Shown here in pieces: positions 50,760 to 63,633 of a stretch of 64,000 nt of DNA. The translations under genes were made by a program, and so were the position numbers. How positions within the stretch are numbered: position 1 is the stretch's first letter; every line of letters starts with the position of its first letter. The stretch comes from Eledone cirrhosa (taxonomy: Eukaryota). The DNA lies in the NCBI GenBank assembly GCA_964016885.1, contig OZ024741.1, positions 265,980,001-266,044,000 of the forward strand, in the 5' to 3' direction. The notes under the pieces were generated by a model, which saw nothing but the letters and a program-made list of their open reading frames with translations, made no database searches and was not told the DNA's origin.

Positions 50760-53700
50760 TTCTCACACCCAAACATTCTCTCACACACAAACATTCTCTC
50801 ACACACAAACACTCTCTACACACAAACACTCTCATACACAAACCCACTCTCACACCCAAACACTCTCTCACACACAAACACTCTCTCACACCCAAACACT
50901 CTCTCACACACAAACACTCTCTCACACACAAACACTCTCTCACACACAAACACTCTCTCACACACAAACACTCTCATACACAAACCCATTCTCACACCCA
51001 AACACTCTCTCACACACAAACATTCTCTCACACACAAACACTCTCTACACACAAACACTCTCTCACACACAAACACACTCATACACAAACACTCTCTCAC
51101 ACCCAACCATTCTCTCACACACAAACACTCTCTTACACACAGACACTCTCATAAACAAACCCACTCTCATACCCAAACACTCTCTCACACACAAACACTC
51201 TCACACACAAACACTCTCTCACACACAAACGCTCATATACACAAACCCACTCTCACACACAAACACTCTCTCACACACAAACACTCTCGCACACAAACAC
51301 TCTCTCACACACAAACACTCTCTCACACCCAAACACTCTCTCACACACAAACACTTTCGGATACACAAACACTCTGTCACACACAAACACGCTCTCATAC
51401 ACAAACACACTCTCACACACAAACACTCTCTCACACATAAACACTCTCTCACACACAAACACTCTCATACACAAACACTCTCTCATACACAAATACTCTC
51501 TCACACACAAACACTCTCTCACACACAAACACCCTCTCACACACAAACACTCTCTCACACCCAAACACTCCCTCACACACAAATACTCTCTCACACACAA
51601 ACACACTGTCACACACAAACACCCTCTCTCACACAAACACCCTCTCACACACAAACACACTCTCACACACAAACACCCTCTCACACACAAACACTCTCAC
51701 ACACACAATCACACTCTCACACACAAACACTCTCTCACACACAAACACTCTCTCACACACAAACACTCTCTCACATACAAACACTCTCTCACACACAAAC
51801 ACACTCTCACACATAAACACTCTCTCACATACAAACACTCTCACACACACAAACACTCTCTCACACACAAACAATCTCTCACACACAAACACTCTCTCAC
51901 ACACAAACACTCTCTCACACACAAATACTCTCTCACACACAAACACTCTCTCACACACAAACACACTCTCATACACAAACACTCTCTCACACACAAACAC
52001 TCTCACACACACAAACACACTCTCACACACAACCAATCTCACACATAAACACTCTCTCATACACAAACACTCTCACACACAAACACTCTCACACACAAAC
52101 ACTCTCTCACACCCAAACACTCTCTCACACACAAATACTCTCTCACACACAAACACTATCTCACTCACAAACACTCTCTCATACACAAACACTCTCACAC
52201 CCAAACATTCTCTCACACACAAACACTCTCATACACAAATCTCTCATACACAAACACTCCCTCACACACAAACACTCTCTCACACATAAACACTCTCTCA
52301 CACACAAACACCCTCTCACAAACAAACACTCTCTCACACACAAACACTCTCTCACACACAATCACTTTCTCACACAAAAACACACTCTCACACCCAAACA
52401 TTCTCTCACACACAAACACTCTCTCACACACAAACACTCTCTCACACACAAACACTCTCTCACACACAAACACTCTCTCACACACAAACACCCTCTCACA
52501 AACAAACACCCTCTCACACACAAACACTCTCTCACACCCAAACACTCTCTCACACACAAACACTCTCTCACACACAAACACTCTCTCACACACAAACACT
52601 CTCTCACACACAAACACTCTCATACACAAACCCATTCTCACACCCAAACACTCTCTCACACACAAACATTCTCTCACACACAAACACTCTCTACAGACAA
52701 ACACTCTCTCACACACAAACACACTCATACACAAACACTCTCTCACACCCAAACATTCTCTCACACACAAACATTCTCTCACACACAAACACTCTCTACA
52801 CACAAACACTCTCATACACAAACCCATTCTCACACCCAAACTCTCTCTCACACACAAACATTCACTCACACACAAACACTCTCTACACACAAACACTCTC
52901 TCACACACAAACACTCTCATACACAAACCCACTCTCACACCCAAACACTCTCTCACACACAAACATTCTCTCACACACAAACACTCTCTACACACAAACA
53001 CTCTCTCACACACAAACACTCTCTCACACACAAACACTCTCTCACACACAAACACTCTCATACACAAACCCACTCTCACACCCAAACACTCTCTCACACA
53101 CAAACACTCTCTTACACACAAACACTCTCATAAACAAACCCACTCTCATACCCAAACACTCTCTCACACACAAACACTCTCACACACAAACACTCTCTCA
53201 CACACAAACGCTCTCATACCCAAACCCACTCTCACACCCAAACACTCTCTCACACACAAACACTCTCACACACAAACACTCTCTCACACACAAACACTCT
53301 CTCACACCCAAACACTCTCTCACACACAAACACTTTCGGATACACAAACACTCTGTCACACACAAACACGCTCTCATACACAAACACACTCTCACACACA
53401 AACACTCTCTCACACATAAACACTCTCTCACACACAAACACTCTCATACACAAACACTCTCTCATACACAAATACTCTCTCACACACAAACACTCTCTCA
53501 CACACAAACACCCTCTCACACACAAACACTCTCTCACACCCAAACACTCTCTCACACACAAATACTCTCTCACACACAAACACACTGTCACACACAAACA
53601 CCCTCTCTCACACAAACACCCTCTCACACACAAACACACTCTCACACACAAACACCCTCTCACACACAAGCACTCTCACACACACAATCACACTCTCACA

Positions 53701-54010
53701 CACAAACACTCTCTCACACACAAACACTCTCTCACACACAAACACTCTCTCACATACAAACACTCTCTCACACACAAACACACTCTCACACATAAACACT
53801 CTCTCACATACAAACACTCTCACACACACAAACACTCTCTCACACACAAACAATCTCTCACACACAAACACTCTCTCACACACAAACACTCTCTCACACA
53901 CAAATACTCTCTCACACACAAACACTCTCTCACACACAAACACACTCTCATACACAAACACTCTCTCACACACAAACACTCTCACACACACAAACACACT
54001 CTCACACACA
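50760..54010 (+). repeat. Duplication with 1,979-bp offset within the satellite
   Basis: Marker TTTCGGATAC at 51355 and 53334. ORF pairs 51219/53198, 51271/53250 and 51629/53608. Boundaries approximate. Confidence 0.85.
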
Positions 54011-56629
54011 ACCAATCTCTCACACACAAACACTCTCACACACAAAAACACACTCTCACACACAACCAATCTCTCACACGCAACCAATCTCTCACACACA
54101 AACACTCTCACACACACAAACACTATCTCACACACAAACACTCTCTCACACACAAACACCCTCTCACACACAAACACTCTCTCACACAAACACCCTGAAA
54201 CACAAACACTTTCTCATACACAAACACTCTCTCACACACAAACACACTCTCACACAGAAACACTCTCTCACACACAAACACTCTCTCAGACAAACACTCT
54301 TTCACACACAAAGGCTCTCTCACACAGAAACACTCTCTCACACAAACACACTCTCACACATAAACACTCTCTCATACACAAACACTCTCACACACAAACA
54401 CTCTCACACACAAACACTCTCTCACACCCAAACACTCTCTCACACACAAATACTCTCTCACACACAAACACTATCTCACTCACAAACACTCTCTCATACA
54501 CAAACACTCTCACACCCAAACATTCTCTCACACACAAACACTCTCATACACAAAACTCTCATACACAAATACTCTCTCACACACAAACATTTTCTCACAC
54601 ACAAACACTTTCTCACACACAAACACTCTCTCACACACAAACAATTTCTCACAAACAAAAACTCTCTCACACACAAACACTCTCTCACACACAAACACTC
54701 TCATACACAAAAACTCTCACACCCAAACATTCTCTCACACACAAACACTCTCACACACAAACACTCTCATACACAAACAATCCCTCACACACAAACACTC
54801 TCTCACACATAAACACTCTCTCACACACAAACACCCACTCACAAACAAACACTCTCTCACACACAAACACTCTCTCACACACAATCACTTTCTCACACAA
54901 AAACACACTCTCACACCCAAACATTCTCTCACACACAAACACTCTCTCACACACAAACACTCTCTCACACACAAACACTCTCTCACACACAAACACTCTC
55001 TCACACATAAACACCCTCTCACAAACAAACACCCTCTCACGCACAAACACTCTCTCACACACAAACACTCTCTCACACACAAATACTCTCTCACACACAA
55101 ACACTCTCTCACACACAAACACCCTCTCACAAACAAATACCCTCTCACACACACACACTCTCTCACACCCAAACACTCTCTCACACACAAATACTCTCTC
55201 ACACACAAACACTCTCTCACACCCAAACACTCTCTCACACACAAATACTCTCTCACACACAAACACTCTCTCACACACAAACACTCTCTCACACACAAAC
55301 ACTCTCTCACACACAAATACTCTCTCACACACAAACACTCTCTCACATACAAACACTCTCTCACACACAAACACTCTCTCACACACAAACACTCTCTCTC
55401 ACACAAACACTCTCTCACACACAAACACTCTCTCATACACAAACACTCTCTCACACAAACACTCTCTCACACACAAACACTCTCTCACACACAAACACTC
55501 TCTGACACACAAACACTCTCTCACACACAAACACTCTCTCATACACAAACACTCTCTCACACAAACACTCTCTCACACACAAACACTCTCTCACACACAA
55601 ACACTCTCTGACACACAAACACTCTCTCACACACAAACACTCTCTCACACACAAACACTCTCTCACATACAAACACTCTCTCACACACAAACACTCTCTC
55701 ACACACAAACACTCTCTCACACCCAAACACTCTCTCACACACAAACACTCTCTCACACACAAACACTCTCTCACACACAAACACTCTCTCACACACAAAC
55801 ACTCTCTCACATACAAACACTCTCTCACACACAAAAACTCTCTCACACACAAACACTCTCTCACACACAAACACTCTCTCACACACAAACACTCTCTCAT
55901 ACACAAACACTCTCTCACAGAAACACTCTCTCACACACAAACACTCTCTCACACAAACACTCTCTCACACACAAACACTCTCTCACACACAAACACTCTC
56001 TGACACACTAACAGTCTCTCACACCCAAACACTCTCTCACACACAAATACTCTCTCACACACAAACACTCTCTCACATACAAACACTCTCTCACACACAA
56101 ACACTCTCTCACACACAAACACTCTCTCACATACAAACACTCTCTCACACACAAACACTCTCTCACACACAAACACTCTCTGACACACAAACACTCTCTC
56201 ACACACAAACACTCTCTCATACACAAACACTCTCTCACACAAACACTCTCTCACACACAAACACTCTCTCACACACAAACACTCTCTCACACACAAACAC
56301 TCTCTCACACACAAACACTCTCTCACACACAAACACTCTCTCACATACAAACACTCTCTCACACACAAACACTCTCTCACACACAAACACTCTCTCACAC
56401 CCAAACACTCTCTCACACACAAACACTCTCTCACACACAAACACTCTCTCACACACAAACACTCTCTCACACACAAACACTCTCTCACATACAAACACTC
56501 TCTCACACACAAAAACTCTCTCACACACAAACACTCTCTCACACACAAACACTCTCTCACACACAAACACTCTCTCATACACAAACACTCTCTCACAGAA
56601 ACACTCTCTCACACACAAACACTCTCTCA

Positions 56630-59600
56630 CACAAACACTCTCTCACACACAAACACTCTCTCACACACAAACACTCTCTGACACACTAACACTCTCTCAC
56701 ACACAAACACTCTCTGACACACAAACACTCTCTCACACACAAACACTCTCTCACACACAAATACTCTCTCACACACAAACACTCTCTGACACACAAACAC
56801 TCTCTCACACACAAACACTCTCTGACACACAAACACTCTCTCACACACAAACACTCTCTCACACGCAAACACTCTCTCACACACAAACACTCTCTCACAC
56901 ACAAACACTCTCTCACACAAACACTCTCTGACACACTAACAGTCTCTCACACCCAAACACTCTCTCACACACAAATACTCTCTCACACACAAACACTCTC
57001 TCACATACAAACACTCTCTCACACACAAACACTCTCTCACACACAAACACTCTCTCACACGCAAACACTCTCTCACACACAAACACTCTCTCACACACAA
57101 ACACTCTCTCACACAAACACTCTCTGACACACTAACAGTCTCTCACACCCAAACACTCTCTCACACACAAATACTCTCTCACACACAAACACTCTCTCAC
57201 ATACAAACACTCTCTCACACACAAACACTCTCTCACACACAAACACTCTCTCACATACAAACACTCTCTCACACACAAACACTCTCTCACAATCAAACAC
57301 TCTCTCACACACAAATACTCTCTCACACACAAACACTCTCTCACACCCAAACACTCTCTCACGCACAAATACTCTCTCACACACAAACACTCTCTCACAC
57401 ACAAACACTCTCTACACACAAAGACTCTCTCACACACAAACACTCTCTCACACACAAACACTCTCTCACACACAAACACTCTCTCACACACAAAGACTCT
57501 CTCACATACAAACACTCTCTCACACACAAACACTTACTCACACACAAACACTCTCTCACACACAAACACTCTCTCACATACAAACACTCTCTCACACACA
57601 AACACTTACTCACACACAAACACTCTCTCACACACAAACAATCCCTCACACACAAACACTCTCTCACATGCAAACAATCTCTCACACACAAACAATCTCT
57701 CACACACAAATACTCTCTCACACACAAACAATCTCTCACACACAAACAATCTCTCACACACAAACACTCTCTCACACCCAAACACTCTCTCACACACAAA
57801 TACTCTCTCACACACAACCACCCTCTCTTACACAAACACTCTCTCACACACAAACACTTACTCACACACAAACAATCTCTCACACACAAACACTCTCTCA
57901 CACACAAACACACTCTCACACACAAACACTCTCTCACACACAAATACTCTCACACACACAAACACACTCTCACACCCAAACACTCTCTCACACACAAACA
58001 CTCTCTCACACACAAACACTCTCTCACACACATACACTCTCTCACACACAAACACTCTCTCACACACAAACACTCTCTCACACACAAACACTCTCTCACA
58101 TACAAACACTCTCTCACACACAAACACTCTCTCACACACAAACACTCTCTGACACACAAACACTCTCTCACACACAAACACTCTCTCATACACAAACACT
58201 CTCTCACACAAACACTCTCTAACACACAAACACTCTCTCACACACAAACACTCTCTGACACACAAACACTCTCTCACACACAAACACTCTCTCACACATA
58301 AACACTCTCTCACATACAAACACTCTCTGACACACAAACACTCTCTCACACACAAACACTCTCTCACACCCAAACACTCTCTCACACACAAACACTCTCT
58401 CACACACAAACACTCTCTCACACACAAACACTCTCTCACACACAAACACTCTCTCACATACAAACACTCTCTCACACACAAAAACTCTCTCACAGACAAA
58501 CACTCTCTCACACACAAACACTCTCTCACACACAAACACTCTCTCATACACAAACACTCTCTCACAGAAACACTCTCTCACACACAAACACTCTCTCACA
58601 CAAACACTCTATCACACACAAACACTCTCTCACACACAAACACTCTCTGACACACAAACACTCTCTCACACACAAACACTCTCTCACACACAAATACTCT
58701 CTCACACACAAACACTCTCTGACACACAAACACTCTCTCACACACAAACACTCTCTGACACACAAACACTCTCTCACACACAAACAATCTCTCACACACA
58801 AACACTCTCTCACACACAAACACACTCTCACACACAAACACTCTCTCACACACAAATACTCTCACACACACAAACACACTCTCACACCCAAACACTCTCT
58901 CACACACACAAACACTCTCTCACACACAAACACTCTCTCACACACATACACTCTCTCACACACAAACACTCTCTCACACACAAACACTCTCTCACACACA
59001 AACACTCTCTCACATACAAACACTCTCTCACACACAAACACTCTCTCACACACAAACACTCTCTCACACACAAACACTCTCTCACATACAAACACTCTCT
59101 CACACACAAAAACTCTCTCACAGACAAACACTCTCTCACACACAAACACTCTCTCACACACAAACACTCTCTCATACACAAACACTCTCTCACAGAAACA
59201 CTCTCTCACACACAAACACTCTCTCACACAAACACTCTATCACACACAAACACTCTCTCACACACAAACACTCTCTGACACACAAACACTCTCTCACACA
59301 CAAACACTCTCTCACACACAAATACTCTCTCACACACAAACACTCTCTGACACACAAACACTCTCTCACACACAAACACTCTCTGACACACAAACACTCT
59401 CTCACACACAAACACTCTCTCACACGCAAACACTCTCTCACACACAAACACTCTCTCACACACAAACACTCTCTCACACAAACACTCTCTCACACACTAA
59501 CAGTCTCTCACACCCAAACACTCTCTCACACACAAATACTCTCTCACACACAAACACTCTCTCACATACAAACACTCTCTCACACACAAACACTCTCTCA

Positions 59601-60640
59601 CACACAAACACTCTCTCACACGCAAACACTCTCTCACACACAAACACTCTCTCACACACAAACACTCTCTCACACAAACACTCTCTGACACACTAACAGT
59701 CTCTCACACCCAAACACTCTCTCACACACAAATACTCTCTCACACACAAACACTCTCTCACATACAAACACTCTCTCACACACAAACACTCTCTCACACA
59801 CAAACACTCTCTCACATACAAACACTCTCTCACACACAAACACTCTCTCACAATCAAACACTCTCTCACACACAAATACTCTCTCACACACAAACACTCT
59901 CTCACACCCAAACACTCTCTCACGCACAAATACTCTCTCACACACAAACACTCTCTCACACACAAACACTCTCTACACACAAAGACTCTCTCACACACAA
60001 ACACTCTCTCACACACAAACACTCTCTCACACACAAACACTCTCTCACACACAAAGACTCTCTCATATACAAACACTCTCTCACACACAAACACTTACTC
60101 ACACACAAACACTCTCTCACACACAAACACTCTCTCACATACAAACACTCTCTCACACACAAACACTTACTCACACACAAACACTCTCTCACACACAAAC
60201 AATCCCTCACACACAAACACTCTCTCACATGCAAACAATCTCTCACACACAAACAATCTCTCACACACAAATACTCTCTCACACACAAACAATCTCTCAC
60301 ACACAAACAATCTCTCACACACAAACACTCTCTCACACCCAAACACTCTCTCACACACAAATACTCTCTCACACACAACCACCCTCTCTTACACAAACAC
60401 TCTCTCACACACAAACACTTACTCACACACAAACAATCTCTCACACACAAACACTCTCTCACACACAAACACACTCTCACACACAAACACTCTCTCACAC
60501 ACAAATACTCTCACACACACAAACACACTCTCACACCCAAACACTCTCTCACACACACAAACACTCTCTCACACACAAACACTCTCTCACACACATACAC
60601 TCTCTCACACACAAACACTCTCTCACACACAAACACTCTC
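56630..60640 (+). repeat. Duplication with 2,561-bp offset within the satellite
   Basis: ORF pairs 56913/59474, 57109/59670, 57395/59956 and 57668/60229. Shared markers CACTAACAGT, CACAATCAAAC, AATCCCTC and AACCACCCTCTCTTAC. Confidence 0.87.
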
Positions 60641-62434
60641 TCACACACAAGCACTCTCTCACACACACATACTCTCTCACACACAAACACTCTCTCACAC
60701 ACAAATACTCTCATACACAAATACACTCCCACACCCAAACATTCTCTTACACACAAACACTCCCAAACACAAACACTCTCTCACACACAAACATTTTCTC
60801 ACACATAAACACACTCTCACACACAAACACTCTCTCACACACAAACACTATCTCACACACAAAACTCTCACACACACACACTCTGTCAGACACAAACACT
60901 CTCTCAGACACAAACACTCTCTCACACACAAACACTATCTCACACACAAACACTCTCATACACAAACCCACTCTCACACCCAAACTCTCTCTCACACACA
61001 AACATTCTCTCACACACAAACACTCTCTACACACAAACACTCTCTCACACACAAACACTCTCTCACACACAAACACTCTCTCACACACAAACACTCTCTC
61101 ACACACAAACACTCTCTCACACACAAACACTATCTCACACACAAACACTCTCTCACACACAAACACTATCTCACACACAAACACTCTCTCACACACACTC
61201 TCTCACACACATACACTCTCTCACACACAAATACCCTCTCTCACACAAACACTCTCTCACACACAAACACTCTCTCACATACAAACACTCTCTCATACAC
61301 AAACACTCTCTCACACACACAAACACACTCTCACACACAAACACTCTCACACACAAATACCCTCTCACACACACACACTTTCTCACACACAAACAATCTC
61401 TCACACACAAACACTCTCTCACACACAAACACTCTCTCACACACAAACACTCTCTCACACACAAACACTCTCTCTCACACACACAAACACACTCTCACAC
61501 ACAAAAACTCTCTCACACACACAAACACACTCTCACACACAAACACTCTCTCACACACAAACACTCTCTCACACACAAACACTGTCTCACACACACAAAC
61601 ACACTCTCACACACAAACACTCTCACACACAAACACTCTCTCATAAAAAAACGCTCTCTACACACAAACACTCTCTCACACACAAACACTCTCTCACATA
61701 CAAACACTCCCTCATACACAAACACCCTCTCACACACAAACACTCTCTCACACACAAATACCCTCTCTCACACAAACACTCTCACACACAAACACTCTCT
61801 CACACACAAATACCCTCTCACACACAAACACTCTCTCACACACAAACACTCTCTCACACACAAACACTCTCTCACACAAACACTCTCTCACACACAAACA
61901 CTCTCTCACACACACACACTCTCTCACACACAAACACTCTCTCACACACACAAACACACTCTCACACACAAAAACTCTCTCACACACACAAACACACTCT
62001 CACACACAAACACTCTCTCACACACAAACACTCTCTCACACACAAACACTCTCTCACACACAAACACTCTCTCACACACAAACACTCTCTCACACACACA
62101 AACACACTCTACACACAAACACTCTCTCACACACAAACACTCTCTCACATACAAACACTCCCTCATACACAAACACCCTCTCACACACAAACACTCTCTC
62201 ACACACAAATACCCTCTCTCACACAAACACTCTCACACGCAAACACTCTCTCACACACAAATACCCTCTCACACACAAACACTCTCACACACAAACACTC
62301 TCTCATACACAAACACTCTCTCACACACAAACACTCTCTCACACACAAATACCCTCTCACACTCTCACAGGAACACTCTCACACACACACACAATCTCAC
62401 ACGCAAACACTCTCACACACACACACATACGTAT

Positions 62435-62570
62435 TCTCACCCTCACTCTCTCTTTCTCTCTCATGTTCTCTCTCTCTCTCCCTCTCTCTCCATTTCTCTC
62501 CTTCTCTGTCCCTTTCTCTCCCTCTGTGTCCCTTTCCCTCCCATTCTCCCCCACCCCCTTCCCTCTCCCA
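62435..62570 (+). repeat. Degenerate (CT)n / polypyrimidine tract at the array edge
   Basis: Almost pure C/T sequence, e.g. CTCTCTCTCTCTCCCTCTCTCTC. Confidence 0.9.
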
Positions 62571-62644
62571 GCCATTGTCCCCTGCAGTTTGCTGTCTTTG
62601 ATTAGCTTTGGTATCGATTAATGGGGCGGGGCGAATGGTAGATT

Positions 62645-63050
62645 GTGGAGGTGGTGGAGGAGGTTGTTGTTGTGATAGTAGTAGTGATAGTGATAGTGAT
62701 GGTGGTAGTGGAGGTGCAGGTTGTTGTTGTTGTTATTGTGGTGGTGGTGGTGGCAGTTATGGTGTTGTGTGGTAGTGGTAGTGGTGGTGTTGTGTGGTAG
62801 TGGTAGTGGTGGTGGTAGTGGGGGTGACAGTCGTGGAGGTGGTGGTGTGTGGTGGTGGTGGTGGTAGTTTTGGTGGTGGTGATAGCGGCGGTGAAGGTGA
62901 CGGTGGTGGTGGTGGTGGTGGTGTAGGTGCGGCGGTGTTGGCTATAGTGATGATAGGTGGAGGGTGCTATGGTGGAGTGGGTGGAAGGTTGGATGGAATG
63001 GTTGGAGGGGGTTGGTGGAGGACTCGGGTCGGTGGGGGTGGTTGGAGGTG
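62645..63050 (+). repeat. Degenerate (GGT/GTA/GTT)n trinucleotide low-complexity tract
   Basis: Runs of GGTGGT, GTTGTT, GTAGTA and GATAGT. The poly-T/H/V/G ORFs here are direct translations of these runs. Confidence 0.9.
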
Positions 63051-63141
63051 ATCCCATTACCCCCCCCCCCCTCCACCACCACCACCCTCTTCCCAAGTGG
63101 ACAGGTGTTCTTGATAATATAGCAATAGGGAAAACATTCCG

Positions 63142-63465
63142 GTGTGTGAGTATGTGTGTGTGTATAGGCGTGTTTGTGTGTGTGTATAGGCGTGCGTGTG
63201 CGTGTATGTATGTGTATATGTAAGTGAGTGTTTATGTTGGTCTGTGTATGTATGTGTATGTGCGTAGATGTGTGTGAGCATCCATTGCCTACCCCCAGCT
63301 CACATACACACTAACATGCATAGACACATACATATACATACTTACATACATACATACATACACATATGCACGCATATACAGACACATATATACACATATG
63401 CACTCATATATTCATGCACACACAAATATATACGCCGTGTGTAGCAGTGTGTGTGTGTGTGTGTA
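63142..63465. repeat. Compound degenerate (TG/TATG)n, (CA/CATA)n and (GT)n microsatellites
   Basis: TG-rich ~63142-63276, CA/CATA-rich ~63301-63432, pure GT run ~63447-63464. Confidence 0.9.
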
Positions 63466-63471
63466 TACATT

Positions 63472-63500
63472 TTCTTCTTCTTCTTCTTCTTCTTCTTCTT

Positions 63501-63530
<30 letters not shown>
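63472..63530 (+). repeat. Perfect (TTC)19 microsatellite
   Basis: Uninterrupted TTC run counted directly. It is the source of the poly-Leu in ORF 63366-63752. Confidence 0.97.
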
Positions 63531-63531
<1 letters not shown>

Positions 63532-63633
63532 ATAATAATTGTTTCTACTTTAGGTACAAGGCCAGCAAATTACCCAGTGCATTACTGGTACTTTATTTTA
63601 TCGACCCCGTAAGGATGAAAGGCAAAGTCAATC
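63531..63633 (-). mobile_element. 5'-truncated SINE-like fragment (central domain plus 3' tail with (ATT)n)
   Basis: Minus strand reads TTGACTTTGCCTTTCATCCTTACGGGGTCGATAAAATAAAGTACCAGTAATGCACTGGG...GGCCTTGTACCTAAAGTAGAAACAATTATTATT. From recall, GCCTTTCATCC..GGGGTCGATAAA..AGTACCAG matches the conserved body of tRNA-derived SINEs abundant in octopus genomes. No A/B-box head is present. No database search was run. Confidence 0.72.

Larger units (their letters stand above)
1..62430 (+). repeat. Satellite/minisatellite array, 18-bp consensus monomer CACACAAACACTCTCTCA, roughly 3,500 monomers by length, continuing past the left edge
   Basis: Continuous head-to-tail repetition in one orientation on every line. 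Common variants are 16-mers (one CT or CA fewer), CATACAC, CACCC, CTTTCT, CTATCT, AAATAC, a 17-mer (CTCTCTACACAC) and a 19-mer (CTCTTCTCAC). No unique-sequence interruption was seen. The copy number is an estimate (length divided by ~17.5). Confidence 0.98.

Noticed and set aside
46080-51154. Long + strand ORFs (888 aa, 1296 aa; also 455 aa at 15043 and 790 aa at 60229) as His/Thr-rich structural proteins
   Set aside because: In the consensus monomer T is always followed by C, so no + strand frame contains a stop. The ORFs drift between all three repeat translations (SHTQTL, HTNTLS, HKHSLT), overlap one another, begin at chance ATG variants, and have no signal peptide or unique domain.
19-62226. 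Hundreds of - strand Cys-rich ORFs (CERVFV / VRECLC) as metallothionein- or keratin-associated-like proteins
   Set aside because: They are direct translations of the reverse-complement 18-mer. Two of three frames are open by construction, most starts are TTG/GTG, and 16-mer variants shift frames constantly.
1-62430. CRISPR array or repeat-spacer cassette system
   Set aside because: There are no unique spacers; variation is point change and slippage of one monomer. There are no cas or recombinase genes, and the context is eukaryotic.
1-62430. Telomerase-synthesised telomeric repeat (C/A-rich strand facing the left edge)
   Set aside because: No TTAGGG-type or G-run motif is present, and kilobase-scale copying of variant patterns indicates recombinational amplification rather than templated addition. 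A subtelomeric location cannot be excluded from this window.
62602-63281. ORFs with poly-Thr/His, poly-Val/Gly and HT repeats (mucin- or glycine-rich-like)
   Set aside because: They are translations of trinucleotide and dinucleotide simple repeats, open on both strands, with no supporting gene structure.
63142-63432. TG-rich block followed by CA-rich block as MITE terminal inverted repeats
   Set aside because: The complementarity is only that of degenerate microsatellites. No defined termini or target-site duplication were seen.
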